Assembly: GCA_964650645.1 (NCBI GenBank)
Contig: CAZYUH010000001.1
Coordinates: forward strand, 15,373 to 79,372
DNA: 64,000 nt
DNA from: an uncultured Candidatus Saccharibacteria bacterium
GTDB taxonomy: Bacteria > Patescibacteriota > Minisyncoccia > Phycocordibacterales > SBAW01
Reading direction: 5' to 3'
Below are positions 37,417 to 47,495 of the stretch, one piece after another; positions within the stretch are counted from its first letter, which is position 1, and the number at the start of each line of letters is the position of its first letter. The translations under genes and the position numbers were made by a program. The notes beneath the pieces were generated by a model. The model searched no databases. It was not told where the DNA came from and worked only from the letters and a program-made list of their open reading frames with translations.

Positions 37417-37611
37417 ACCCCCATTGTAGCGCGGTTTCCGCTTCAACTTTCGCCCGAAATGCCCTACAATACGGGCATGTACGGAAAACACCACAACAAG
37501 GTCGTCAAAGTAGGCACCTACGTGCTCGCGAGCGTCGTCATCCTCTCGATGGTCGTCTCGTACTTTGCGGGAACCTTCTAGCCAGGCGCTTCTCCCCGCC
37601 GTCAAGCCGGA

Positions 37612-39396
37612 CTAGTCCGATTTGACCATCTTCAGGAAGACATCCTCGGGGATATTGACCCTCCCGCGCTCCTTCATCTTTGATTTCCCCTTCTTCTGCT
37701 TCTCGCGCAGCTTCATCTTGCGCGTTATGTCGCCGCCGTACATGTGCTGGGTCACGTCCTTGCTCATGGCCGAAAGGGTCTTTGACGATAGGATGCGCCC
37801 GGTAGCGACGCCCTGGATTTTCGTGGCGAACATCTGGCGCGGCAGGATTTTATACAGCTTCTCGACCGCCGCCACGGCCTCCTCGTAGGCGCGGTGCGTT
37901 GCCACGATGCGCGTGAACGCCGGCACCGGCTCGTCGGCCACCAATATATCGAGCCTCGTCACCTCAGCGGGCCGCAGTTCCCCTATCTCGTAGGAAATGG
38001 AGGCGTAGCCCGAGGTCGCGGACTTCACCTTGTCGAAGAAGTTGCGCATGAGCTCGCGCAGAGGCATCACCACCTTCACCATCATGCGGTCCTCGCTGAA
38101 GCGGTCGGTGGACTGCACCGCGGCCTCGTGCTCGTACAGGAGCGGAAGGAGCGAGCCCAGGTAGTCCGAGGGCACCAGGATCTCGGCTTCGACGTAGGGC
38201 TCCCACACGCGCGCCGCGTCGCCGTGGTCGGGAAACAGCGGCGGCGAGTACACGACGACGCGCGCGCCGGCTTTCGTCTCCACCTCGTAGGTAATGGTGG
38301 GCGTCGTGACGATGAGCGATATGTTGGACTCGCGGCGCAGGCGCTCGGTGATTATTTCCAAATGGAGCATGCCCAGAAGCCCGCAGCGGAAGCCGCGGCC
38401 CAGCACCCCGGAAGACTCCTCCTCGAACGAGAGCGACGAGTCGGAAAGCCGCAGGCGCCCCAGGGCCTGCTTGAGGCCGGTGAAGTCGTCCTGGCTCTCG
38501 GGGTAGACTGAAGCCCACACGACGGGCCGGGGCTCCGCGTAGCCTTCGAGCGGCGCCTGCCTGCTGCCGCGCGGGCGCACCGTGTCGCCGACGCGCGCGA
38601 AGCCCGACTCCTTGATGCCGGTCACGACGTAGCCGATGGCGCCCGCGGCGAGCTCTTCCACGGGGGCCGGCTGGGGCGAGAACACCCCCACTTCGAGGGC
38701 TAGGAACGTGCGGCCGCTGGCGGCGAACTCGAGCGCGTCGCCCTTCTTAATCGAGCCCGCGAAGTTGCGCAGGAAGACGATGACGCCCTGGTGGTCGGAG
38801 TACTTGAAGTCGAAGATGAGCCCTTTGGGCTCCTTCTCGGGCAGTTCCTTGGGCGGCGGCACGCGCTCTATAACGGCCGCCAAAAGCGCCTCGACGCCCT
38901 CGCCGGTCTTTCCCGAGCACAGGTGTATGTCTTTGGCCTCGACGCCCAGGAGCTTCATGACCTGCTCCTGCACGTCCTCCAGGCGCGCCAGGGGCGAGTC
39001 TATTTTCGAGAGCGCGGGCACGATGACGAGCCCCAATTGCTGGGCGGCGCGCAGGACGGTGAGCGTCTGCGCCTGCACGCCCTGGGTCGCGTCCACGAGC
39101 AGTATGGCGCCCTCGACGGCCGTGAGCGCGCGCGACACCTCGTAGGAGAAGTCGATGTGCCCGGGCGTGTCGATGAGGTTGAGCGCGTACGATTCGCCGC
39201 CGACCGCGTACTTCATGCGCACCGGCTGCATCTTTATGGTGATGCCGCGCTCGCGCTCGAGGTCCATGCTGTCGAGCACCTGGTCGCGCATGCGCCGGGG
39301 CTCGATGGTCTTCGTGGCCTCAAGGAACCTGTCGGCAAGCGTGGACTTGCCGTGGTCGATGTGGGCGATTATGGAAAAGTTTCGTATATGCTTCAC
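37612..39396 (-). CDS. lepA: elongation factor 4
   Basis: 594 aa. IRNFSIIAHIDHGKSTLADR G1 motif; LepA-specific C-terminal domain. Confidence 0.95.
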   Translation of the reverse strand: MKHIRNFSIIAHIDHGKSTLADRFLEATKTIEPRRMRDQVLDSMDLERERGITIKMQPVRMKYAVGGESYALNLIDTPGHIDFSYEVSRALTAVEGAILLVDATQGVQAQTLTVLRAAQQLGLVIVPALSKIDSPLARLEDVQEQVMKLLGVEAKDIHLCSGKTGEGVEALLAAVIERVPPPKELPEKEPKGLIFDFKYSDHQGVIVFLRNFAGSIKKGDALEFAASGRTFLALEVGVFSPQPAPVEELAAGAIGYVVTGIKESGFARVGDTVRPRGSRQAPLEGYAEPRPVVWASVYPESQDDFTGLKQALGRLRLSDSSLSFEEESSGVLGRGFRCGLLGMLHLEIITERLRRESNISLIVTTPTITYEVETKAGARVVVYSPPLFPDHGDAARVWEPYVEAEILVPSDYLGSLLPLLYEHEAAVQSTDRFSEDRMMVKVVMPLRELMRNFFDKVKSATSGYASISYEIGELRPAEVTRLDILVADEPVPAFTRIVATHRAYEEAVAAVEKLYKILPRQMFATKIQGVATGRILSSKTLSAMSKDVTQHMYGGDITRKMKLREKQKKGKSKMKERGRVNIPEDVFLKMVKSD

Positions 39397-39428
39397 GGGG
39401 AGAATGTAGCATTTTTAGGGCCTGATAA

Positions 39429-41102
39429 CTAGCCTGACACGTCGGTCGGCTCGAGCGCCACGCGGGGCACGCGGCCGAGCCGGCTCTTGAGCGCGGCGTA
39501 CGCCTCCCGTATCTCGGGGTTCTTCAGGAGCACCAGGACCGCGCACGCGGCGCCGAGGCCGGCTATGCCGCCCGCTACCCCCTGCGCCAAGACGCCCGTG
39601 GCGGTGTTGATGTCCACCGCCCGCCCCATGCCGGTAAGGGTGAGGTACGCAGCGGCGCCGCCCAGTATCGCGGACGCCAGGGACTCGAACGTGAGCCTCC
39701 AGAGCGGCGCGAGCGCGATCTTGAAGTCGCGCGCGAGGCACCAGAAGCCCGCAATGAAGCCCGCCCACGACCCCAGCGCCATAGCGAGCGCGAGCATGAG
39801 CACCGTCGTGCCGCCCAGGTCGGCGACGCGCAGCATCTCTTCAAGGACGTCGCGCCACAGGTAGTTGCCGTGGAACACGGCGATGAACAGGAGCGCGGCC
39901 GCCACGGTCGTGCCGACCGTCACGAGGCCGAAGTAGAACGGCTTGCGGGTGTTGCCCGCCGCGTAGTACGCGCGGGCGATGAGCATGGACACCGACTGTG
40001 CGAGGAGGGAGAGGATGAACAGCGCCAGCGCCGCCGCAGTGAGCCTGGTGGCGCCCCAGTCGAACGCGCCCGCGCCCAGTATGGTGCGTACCAGCTGGGC
40101 GCGCAGGACGATGATGAGCGCGGTCGCCGGTATGGCCCAGAAGAACACGTGCCTGAGCGCCACTTCCAGGTGCCGCGCGAACGCGCCCGCGTTCCCGCCC
40201 GCGTAAAGCTTGGAGAGCGTCGGGAACGCCGCGACCGAGTAGGACACGCCGATGATGGCGAGCGGCACCGCCTGCAGGTTCCAGCCGAACATGAACACGG
40301 CTATGGAGCCCGGCGCCATGAACGATGCGAGCGCGGTCAGTATGACGAGCGATATCTGCCCCGCGCCCAGGGAGAGCGTGCGCGGCACTGAAAGCGCGAG
40401 CACGCGGCCAAGCTCGCGCAGGGACTCCCGGGCGGGCATGGGCGCCTGGGGCTTCTCGCGCATGAAGAACGGGAGCTGTACCAGCATGTGCAGGGCCGCG
40501 CCCAGCACGACGCCCCACCCGAGCCCCGCGATGCCCCAGAGCGGGTACAGGAGCAAAATGCCCGCGATGATGCCCACATTGTACAGGAGCGGCGATATCG
40601 AGTAGAGGAAAAAGCGGTGCCGTATCTGCGTGAGGTTCGCGAGGATGTTCGACGCGCCCAGGAATATAGGCTGGAGGAGGAGTATGCGGGTGAGCGTCAC
40701 CAGGTCGGGATTGTCGAGGCCGGGCGCGATGAGCTTGAGGAGCCACGGCGCCGCGGCGAACGCCGCGAGCGATATGGCGCCCATCCCGACGAAGAAGCAC
40801 AGGAGCGTCTGGCGCAGGAACGACACCATTTTCCCCTCGTCGCTCTCGGCCAGCCGCGACAGCACGGGCAGGAGCGCGTACAGCGACAGGAGCGACGCCA
40901 CGCCCGCGAAGAGGAGGTCGGGGATGCGAAAGGCCGCGTAGTACACGTCGAGCGTGTGCCCCGCGCCGAACTGCGCCGCGAAGAGCCTGTCGCGCACCAG
41001 CGCGAGCGACTGCGAGAGCAGGGCGAAGGCCGCCAGCACGTATGCCGCCTGGTGCATGCCGCGCACCTCCCGGCCGATGACGGTTAGAAATTGCCGTACC
41101 AC
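39429..41102 (-). CDS. murJ: lipid II flippase MurJ
   Basis: 557 aa with about 14 TM segments. MurJ/MviN N-terminal pattern (LVRDRLFAAQFGAG...DVYYAAFRIPDLL). Confidence 0.85.
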   Translation of the reverse strand: MVRQFLTVIGREVRGMHQAAYVLAAFALLSQSLALVRDRLFAAQFGAGHTLDVYYAAFRIPDLLFAGVASLLSLYALLPVLSRLAESDEGKMVSFLRQTLLCFFVGMGAISLAAFAAAPWLLKLIAPGLDNPDLVTLTRILLLQPIFLGASNILANLTQIRHRFFLYSISPLLYNVGIIAGILLLYPLWGIAGLGWGVVLGAALHMLVQLPFFMREKPQAPMPARESLRELGRVLALSVPRTLSLGAGQISLVILTALASFMAPGSIAVFMFGWNLQAVPLAIIGVSYSVAAFPTLSKLYAGGNAGAFARHLEVALRHVFFWAIPATALIIVLRAQLVRTILGAGAFDWGATRLTAAALALFILSLLAQSVSMLIARAYYAAGNTRKPFYFGLVTVGTTVAAALLFIAVFHGNYLWRDVLEEMLRVADLGGTTVLMLALAMALGSWAGFIAGFWCLARDFKIALAPLWRLTFESLASAILGGAAAYLTLTGMGRAVDINTATGVLAQGVAGGIAGLGAACAVLVLLKNPEIREAYAALKSRLGRVPRVALEPTDVSG

Positions 41103-41174
41103 CCCGGTATTTTACCTTATTTTGCAAACTAAAACGCCGCCCGGGATGCCGGGCGGCGTTCCGCGCCTGAGCGC

Positions 41175-43517
41175 TTACTGCTCTATGGGAGCCGAGGGGC
41201 GGCTGGTTACGTCCTGCGCCGCCGAGGGCGCTATGCCGTCGAGCGCCGGCTTGCCCGCCTGCATGTTGGCGATGATGAGCTGGAGCTCCTGGTTGTCCGG
41301 ATTGGCGCGGGCCAGATCGTTGAAGAGCTGGGCGGCCTCCACCTGGCGGTTCTGCGCGTAGTAGCTCAGGCCCAGGAAGTACTTGGCGTTCGCGTAGTCG
41401 CTCTGGAGCTTAATCGCCTGCTCCAGCGCCGGGATGGCGTTTGCGGTGTCGCCGCCGGCGTAGTACAGGAGGCCGAGCTGGAACCATATGGGCGCGACGC
41501 CCGGGGCCGACTGCACCGCGGCCTGCGCCGCCTGCACTGCGGCGTTAAGGTCATTGTTGGCAACATTGAGCTGGACGAGGAAGAGTATCGCGTCGGTGTA
41601 GTTGGGCTTCTGGGTGAGCGAGGCGCGCAGGTAGCCCTCGGTCGCGACGGCGTCGCCCTGGCGGGCCGCGAGGCGCGCGAGCGCGAGCGTGATGGCCGGG
41701 TTGTTCGGGTTGCGCGCCATCGCCGCCTGGTAGGTGGTGCTCGCCTGGTCGTAGGCGCCCGTCACGTTAAGCCCTGCCAGGAAGTCGTAGACCTGGCCCA
41801 TGAGGAAGAACGGGCGGTAGTCGGCCGCATTGAGGCCCGCGGCCTGCTGGCCCGCGGCCAGCGTGGTCTGCAGCGCCTCCTGGAACTCCTGCTGGAGCGC
41901 GTTCTGGTCGCCGTCGGTCACCTGCGCCAGCGAGGCGAGCTTCGAGCCGCCCGCGCTTATCTGCATGCGCAGGGTGTCGCCCGTCGCCTCGATGCCGACC
42001 GCCTTGTCGGCGAGCGCGAGCGCGTCGTCCACCTCGCCCTTCTGGAGCGCTATGGCCGCCTTGCCCACGTACGTCTCGGCGAGCGCGCGACGGGATATGG
42101 TCGCGGACATGGCGAGCGACGCGAGGACAAGCACGGCGCCGAGCGCGAGGGCGCCCATGCGCACGAAGCGCGACGGCATCTCATCGGGAGCGTGCGCCGC
42201 CCTGCCCTGCCTCCACAGGAAGCCGAACGCTGCGCCGGCCATGACAAGCGCCAGGAGTATGAGGTTCTGGCTCGGAACGTAGAAGGCCATGGCCGCCAAA
42301 AGAAGGAGGCTTCCGAAGCCAAGCGCGAGCCCCAGCGCCCTGTCCTCGCGGTTAAGTACCGACATGCGCATGAGCCGTATGACGGCGGCGATAACGAGGA
42401 GGAACGGCAGGACCCACGCGAGCGCGCCGAGGACGCCCACGGTGCCCAGCGCCGTGGTAAGCGTCGAGAATCCGACATTGAAGTCGAGGCTCCAGAACGC
42501 CGACTGGTTGACCTCGGCCGGCTTCTGCGCGAGCCACACTTCGCCGAAGGTATTGGGGCCGACGCCCACTATGGCGCGGGTGAAGCTGCCTTCCCGCACG
42601 GCGGTCAGCGCCTGCGAAGTGGTCTGGTAGGACGGGCGCACCTCGAGCGACGAGACCGGGAAGACCGACGTGAGGCTCGTGTTGAAGAACGGCCCCCACA
42701 TCATGAAGACGATGGAGAGGACGGCGGTCGCTGCGGCGTACCACGGCACGCGCGAGACGAGGCCGCGCTCTGCATGATGCCCCTCGGCATCATCAGCCCT
42801 GCCCTTTATGAACGAGAATACGCCCATGAAGAGCGCGCCGACCAGCAAGAGCGCCCACGCCAGCGAGAAGTTGACGAACGCCAGGAGCGCGACGCACAGG
42901 ACGCCGAGCACGATGGCGCCGGCGCGCATGGCGCGGGACGGACGGCGCATCTCAAGCTCGACGAGAATGAAGAGCCCGAGGATGCCCGCGAGGAGCCCGA
43001 GATCGTTCCATTTGCCCACAAGGTTGACGGAGCGGTCGGCGAACGTGCCGCCCGGAAGGGACGGGCCGAATATGATTGCGATACACTGGAAGAGCGCCGC
43101 CGCCGCAATGGACCAGAACAGGGTGGTGTACAGGAGGCGCGCGGCGCGCTGGGTGCGGAAGAACATCGAGCTGAGCATGAAGGCCATAGCCGCCAGCGAG
43201 GCGAATATCACCGTGTCCCACTCGATGGCGTAGCCGCTCCAGGCGACCGAGCCGTCCAGGGACGCCATGGCCGAGACGACGTACGCCGCAGGCAGAAGAA
43301 GGACGGCGAGCGTGAGCTTGACGCCCGGCGAGCGCAGGAATTCGCGCATGCCGCCGCCGGCGACGAAGAGCACTGCGGCGCCCAAAAGGAGCACGGAAAA
43401 CGCGGCGACCTTCGCTAATTGGAACGGGAACCACGCGGCCGGAATGACGAGCACCAGGGCAAGAACGATACCTGCCAGGAACAAGCCCCGCGACCACGCA
43501 TGGAGTCGTGAGTACAT
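41175..43517 (-). CDS. polytopic membrane protein (O-antigen ligase/polymerase-like) fused to C-terminal TPR repeats
   Basis: About 780 aa from MYSRLHAW. More than 10 TM helices in the N-terminal two-thirds, then about six tetratricopeptide repeats (AxxxYxxA...NP patterns). Confidence 0.6.
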   Translation of the reverse strand: MYSRLHAWSRGLFLAGIVLALVLVIPAAWFPFQLAKVAAFSVLLLGAAVLFVAGGGMREFLRSPGVKLTLAVLLLPAAYVVSAMASLDGSVAWSGYAIEWDTVIFASLAAMAFMLSSMFFRTQRAARLLYTTLFWSIAAAALFQCIAIIFGPSLPGGTFADRSVNLVGKWNDLGLLAGILGLFILVELEMRRPSRAMRAGAIVLGVLCVALLAFVNFSLAWALLLVGALFMGVFSFIKGRADDAEGHHAERGLVSRVPWYAAATAVLSIVFMMWGPFFNTSLTSVFPVSSLEVRPSYQTTSQALTAVREGSFTRAIVGVGPNTFGEVWLAQKPAEVNQSAFWSLDFNVGFSTLTTALGTVGVLGALAWVLPFLLVIAAVIRLMRMSVLNREDRALGLALGFGSLLLLAAMAFYVPSQNLILLALVMAGAAFGFLWRQGRAAHAPDEMPSRFVRMGALALGAVLVLASLAMSATISRRALAETYVGKAAIALQKGEVDDALALADKAVGIEATGDTLRMQISAGGSKLASLAQVTDGDQNALQQEFQEALQTTLAAGQQAAGLNAADYRPFFLMGQVYDFLAGLNVTGAYDQASTTYQAAMARNPNNPAITLALARLAARQGDAVATEGYLRASLTQKPNYTDAILFLVQLNVANNDLNAAVQAAQAAVQSAPGVAPIWFQLGLLYYAGGDTANAIPALEQAIKLQSDYANAKYFLGLSYYAQNRQVEAAQLFNDLARANPDNQELQLIIANMQAGKPALDGIAPSAAQDVTSRPSAPIEQ

Positions 43518-43630
43518 GACTATATATGCTTTAAGAAGCGCACGATGCGCTCCCCTGTTAATGCGAACCTTTTTAACTATACCCCTCGTTCCCGCGCGCA
43601 AAAGGCGCTATGGGGACAATCAAGGAAGGC

Positions 43631-43657
43631 AAAAACCCCGCTTTAGGCGGGGTTTTT
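43631..43657 (-). terminator. terminator after rnpB
   Basis: AAAAACCCCGCtttaGGCGGGGTTTTT. Confidence 0.6.
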
Positions 43658-43950
43658 ACGTCTGCGCGCGCGTCTGTAAGCCGGGTTCTGTCGTGGACAA
43701 TAATTTATCTGGGCCCATGGTCGCCCATGGGCTCGAGCGGCACTCCCGATCGCTCGGGCACGGCCTTGCATCCGGGTAAGGATTTAGCCGTTTCACCTCC
43801 ACCAAAGGAGCTCGTCTCTGTTCGCACCTCTTTTGCCCGCAGGAGCAAATGACAGGGGTTACCTGCTACCCTTTTAACCGATTGCTCGGTAGATGCCCGG
43901 ACTTTCCTCCCGACCCGTTTGGGGCCGAGCTATTGCCTAACGCGCTGGAC
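43655..43950 (-). ncRNA. rnpB: RNase P RNA (bacterial type, reduced)
   Basis: The minus strand carries the universally conserved P4 halves GGAAAGUCCGGGC (complement of 43895-43907) and ACAGAACCCGGCUUA (complement of 43677-43691), with GGUGAAACGG in between. Ends are approximate. Confidence 0.7.
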
Positions 43951-44433
43951 CTATTGTACCACGATTTTTACCCCTTCGGCAATGTCATGCCTGCGCGCCC
44001 AGCCGCCCGGCACTTCAAGCACGTAGCGCGCGGGCGTGGGCGGCGCGAACGCCTCTGGGTAGGACTCGGGCCGCGCGTCGTGCGCTATATGGACAACGGT
44101 CCCGTCCGCCGCAACCCACAGCATATCGAGCGGAATGAGCGTGTCTTTCATCCAAAAAGCCCACAAGCCGTCGGCATCGAAGATAAACCACATCCCCTTT
44201 CCCTCCTCCAGGCTCGCGCGGCCGCTAAGCCCGCGCTCGCGCAGGACGGGCGTGTCGGCAACCTCCGCGAGCACGGTCGTCGTGCCTGCGAGCAGCGTGG
44301 CGGTCTTGTATGCGGTGTCCATGGGAGCGGCAGGCGGCCGGAGCGTCGGATGATAATAAAATGCCGCAATAGCGGCGCCAACGGCAACGGCTGCCGCAAG
44401 CGCTCCAACTGCGATATTCCTAAGGGGTGGCAT
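43951..44433 (-). CDS. DUF192 (COG1430)-family protein
   Basis: 160 aa from MPPLRN. Signal/TM segment, then GMWFIFDAD....WMKDTLIPLDMLWV.ADG.VV.I.....P.......P...ARYVLEV.GG. Confidence 0.55.
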   Translation of the reverse strand: MPPLRNIAVGALAAAVAVGAAIAAFYYHPTLRPPAAPMDTAYKTATLLAGTTTVLAEVADTPVLRERGLSGRASLEEGKGMWFIFDADGLWAFWMKDTLIPLDMLWVAADGTVVHIAHDARPESYPEAFAPPTPARYVLEVPGGWARRHDIAEGVKIVVQ

Positions 44434-44506
44434 GAGCGGCGCTAAAGCTAAAACGGGACAGGCTGAGCCTGTCCCGTCATAGTACCCCCGGCGGAGCAAA
44501 AAGTAA

Positions 44507-44761
44507 TTACGAGAGATGCTTGGAGACGAGCTTGGTCATCTCGAACATGTTGACGGTCTTCTTGCCGTCGAACACCGCCTTGAGCTTGTCGTCAGCATTG
44601 ATGTTGCGCTTGTTCTTCGGGTCCTGGAGATCGTGCTTCTTGATGTAGGCCCAGAGCGCCTTAACGACCTCGGAGCGGGGCATGGGGCCCTTGCCTACCA
44701 CCTCCGCCAAGTCATCGCTGACCTGCATCGGCTTCATGAATGCTGAGTTTTCTTTTGCCAT
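44507..44761 (-). CDS. SWIB/MDM2 domain protein
   Basis: 84 aa. VS..LA.V.G....PR.EVVK.LW.YIKKH.LQDP.NKR.I..D.KLK.VF pattern of the DM2/SWIB domain. Confidence 0.7.
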   Translation of the reverse strand: MAKENSAFMKPMQVSDDLAEVVGKGPMPRSEVVKALWAYIKKHDLQDPKNKRNINADDKLKAVFDGKKTVNMFEMTKLVSKHLS

Positions 44762-44861
44762 AGCGTAAAGTTACTTATTAAAACAGCCGGGGCTGCTTGT
44801 CCATAAGCCTAGCACCCCCCGCTATAGAGCGCTAGAGGGGGTGTGGAGAGAGCGGGACCCC

Positions 44862-45932
44862 CTATATTCCCCCGCCTGAAGCCTCGCGCGCCCTGAGCGA
44901 AGAGTAGATTTCCAAAAGAGCGAGGCAGAGGCTGAGCGCGAGCGGTCCCAGGAAGAAGCCCAGCGGCCCGAAGAAGGAAAGCCCGCCGAGCACAGCGAGG
45001 AACACCACCAGCGGATGCAGCTGCAAGCCGCGCCCTATGAGCCGGGGGCCCAGCAGATTATCCACCAGCCCCACGGCCGCAACGCCCCACGCAAGAAGCC
45101 CCGCCGCCGCGAGCACGCTCCCGGTAAAGAACAGGTACAGCATGGCGGGCACGAGGACAAGCGACGTCCCGACAGCGGGAACAAGCGCGGCTACGGCCGC
45201 CACGCTGCCCCACAGCGCCGCGTTGGGAATCCCGAAAACAGCGAATCCGATGCCCGTAAGGACGCCCTGGACGAGCCCTATGGTCAGGCTGCCCTTGACG
45301 GAGGCGGACACGGCCGCCTCCAGCCGCGAGGCGATCATCTCGTCGTCGCGGTCGGCAAGGGGGCTCGTTTCGACAAGATAGGCCTTGAGCCGTCCGCCGT
45401 CCTTGAGAAGGAAATAGAAAGCGGTAACGAAGACGAACGTGCTCAGGAGTATCGCGGCCAGGCTCGAGAAGATAGACCCGAGATGCGAGGCAAGGACGCC
45501 GAGCGCCTGCTGCGCGTACCGGCTTACAGAAAGACCCGCTTCTGCATGGAAAGGGAGCTTCGCCTGCACCGCGCCCACTGCCCCCTGAAGGAGCTCGACC
45601 AGGCCGCCAGTCCCCGGCCCCGCAAGGGACGCGTACAATTGGGTCGCTTCCTTGAAGATCTGCGCCCCCAAAAGCCCCATAGGCAGCAGGAGGAGGACTA
45701 TCGCGGCAAGGGTGGTAGCGAGCGCCGCCAGGCTTTCGCGCCCGCCGAAAAGCCGCGAAAGGCGCTTGCGCACCGGCTGGAAGAGGTAGGCGAACACGGC
45801 CGCCAGTATAAGGGGCGTCAGGAAGGGCTTGAGTATGAAGTACACGACGACCAGCGACGCCGCGAGGCAGAAGAGCAGGAAGTAGTTCGAGTAGTGGTCG
45901 TGGCGCATGGCGGAATCAAGAAGCGTATGCAA
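44862..45932 (-). CDS. AI-2E family transporter (PerM-like permease)
   Basis: 356 aa with 8 TM helices; AI-2E-like distribution including a conserved Gly-rich C-terminal membrane region. Confidence 0.55.
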   Translation of the reverse strand: MHTLLDSAMRHDHYSNYFLLFCLAASLVVVYFILKPFLTPLILAAVFAYLFQPVRKRLSRLFGGRESLAALATTLAAIVLLLLPMGLLGAQIFKEATQLYASLAGPGTGGLVELLQGAVGAVQAKLPFHAEAGLSVSRYAQQALGVLASHLGSIFSSLAAILLSTFVFVTAFYFLLKDGGRLKAYLVETSPLADRDDEMIASRLEAAVSASVKGSLTIGLVQGVLTGIGFAVFGIPNAALWGSVAAVAALVPAVGTSLVLVPAMLYLFFTGSVLAAAGLLAWGVAAVGLVDNLLGPRLIGRGLQLHPLVVFLAVLGGLSFFGPLGFFLGPLALSLCLALLEIYSSLRAREASGGGI

Positions 45933-46207
45933 AAGCGGGAAATAGAGCCCGGCGCCGGGGCAGCAAAGCGCCGTAACGGTATCTTAGCAGAATTTTGGGG
46001 GATAAAGCATTCGGATTCCTTTGCTAAATTTGACACCTATTTGAAATTATTGACAAATAATAACCTATTTGCTATACCTCGGATAGAGGGGACATTGGAA
46101 CAGGATGGTGAGGCGAGCGGATTGCGGCTTATGCGGACAGGCCTCAGCCCGCTCGTCTCGCTAAGAGACAAGCCGTAACCGAGCGGCTTCGGTAACAGGC
46201 AAAAAGG

Positions 46208-46918
46208 ATGATTTTGATGCTGGAATCATTGAACGCCTCCGCATCGACGATTGCACGCAACCTTGGAATCAGGCGTTTCTTAACGAAGCCGTCGGGTTAC
46301 GAGCTGGCCCGCAGCATCCTCGGCAAGGATTTCATCACGCCCGAGGACGTCATGAGGTCGCGCAAGGGCGTCGTCTACACGGAGGAACAGCTCTCGCGAC
46401 TCGTCAGCACCGTACCCTCGCGAAAGGTGCTCAAGTGGTGCTACGACAACGAGCACATGCTCGTCGCCGGACCGAGCCGCCCCCTGTCGCTTCTCGAGAT
46501 CCGCGATCTCAAAAGCGACGACTTCTTTGCGAACAAAGGAGGCCGATATGGGGGCGGAGCGTTCGCTAGCACCGACAAGGCTTGCCCTGGCTGGACAACA
46601 ATCCGCAAGAGGCCGCTTCCATGGTCGCACTCAAAGGGCTGGGAGGCGCAGCAGGCCCTTCTGTCCAAAGCGGAAGAGGTTCCCAATGTCGCCGAAGCGG
46701 CATGGGGCGTGACAACCTTCAGGGCCGTCCGCGACACCCACCTGCTCACGGGCGTCTATGTCCGGACGTCGAGCGTGGAATCGGACGGGTTCCATGTTCA
46801 TATCGGCGATTTCGGTCGCGGCGACGGAGGCCTGTGCGTTTGCTACCAAAAGGACAGCTACTGCTACGAACACCTTGGGATAATCTCCAGCCTGAAGCGG
46901 AAGCTCCTTGCGGCCTAA
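46208..46918 (+). CDS. hypothetical protein (lower-GC)
   Basis: 236 aa, Cys/His-containing C-terminal part (CVCYQKDSYCYEHLG). AT-rich region with TTGACA-like boxes upstream at 46030-46100. Confidence 0.4.
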   Translation: MILMLESLNASASTIARNLGIRRFLTKPSGYELARSILGKDFITPEDVMRSRKGVVYTEEQLSRLVSTVPSRKVLKWCYDNEHMLVAGPSRPLSLLEIRDLKSDDFFANKGGRYGGGAFASTDKACPGWTTIRKRPLPWSHSKGWEAQQALLSKAEEVPNVAEAAWGVTTFRAVRDTHLLTGVYVRTSSVESDGFHVHIGDFGRGDGGLCVCYQKDSYCYEHLGIISSLKRKLLAA

Positions 46919-47056
46919 GGCTTGACCCTCGACAATCCGGGCCTCCGCGCGAATTTATTCGCCGGAGGCTCTTTCTTTTTGTAAAAAACTGTCCCGGGCG
47001 CGGTTTTCTTCCGCCAGCAAAAGGCGCCCCGGACGCCCATGCTTTTGTTTGTACGG

Positions 47057-47141
47057 CGGAGGCGGTGAGATTCGAACTCACGGTAGGTTGCCCTACGCCG
47101 CCTTTCCAAGGCGGTGCACTAGACCGCTATGCGACGCCTCC
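47057..47141 (-). tRNA. tRNA-Ser (anticodon GGA)
   Basis: GGAGGCG/CGCCTCC acceptor, long variable arm, anticodon loop TTGGAAA, T-loop GTTCGAATC. Confidence 0.85.
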
Positions 47142-47215
47142 AATGCCTGCTAAAAATACCGCTTTTCCGGACAAAAAGAAAGGCCGGGTCCCGTGCGGGG
47201 ACCCGGCTTGCAATC

Positions 47216-47485
47216 TTACGAGCGGTGCGGTTGCGCCTTTTCAGGCGGCCTTACGAAGAGCGCTTCAAGCGCGTCCTTCGGCCCAACGGGCCTTTCAGGG
47301 AATTTTTCCGCCACCTTCTCGTGGCGATTAGTCCGATACTGCCGAACCACTCCCTGATGAATTTCTTTTCCGCCTTTGCGCTTCGTAACGACGACTGCCT
47401 TCATTTCTTGCCCCACGGGTGCATGGACCACCGGCACTGCGCCGGGTCTAAACTCAACTATATCATACTTGACACTTAAAGTCAA
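47216..47485 (-). CDS. hypothetical small protein
   Basis: 89 aa ORF between tRNA-Ser and htpX; no recognisable family. Confidence 0.3.
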   Translation of the reverse strand: MTLSVKYDIVEFRPGAVPVVHAPVGQEMKAVVVTKRKGGKEIHQGVVRQYRTNRHEKVAEKFPERPVGPKDALEALFVRPPEKAQPHRS

Positions 47486-47495
47486 GCATGTCGGA

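Noticed and set aside
46990-47056. Trailer-like sequence after tRNA-Ser-GGA as a full copy of the tRNA-trailer element
   Set aside because: Only a short AAAACCGCGcCCGGGA segment and a CAAAAG...CTTTTG inverted repeat resemble the family. This is too weak to call a copy; it is mentioned only as a possible degenerate relative.
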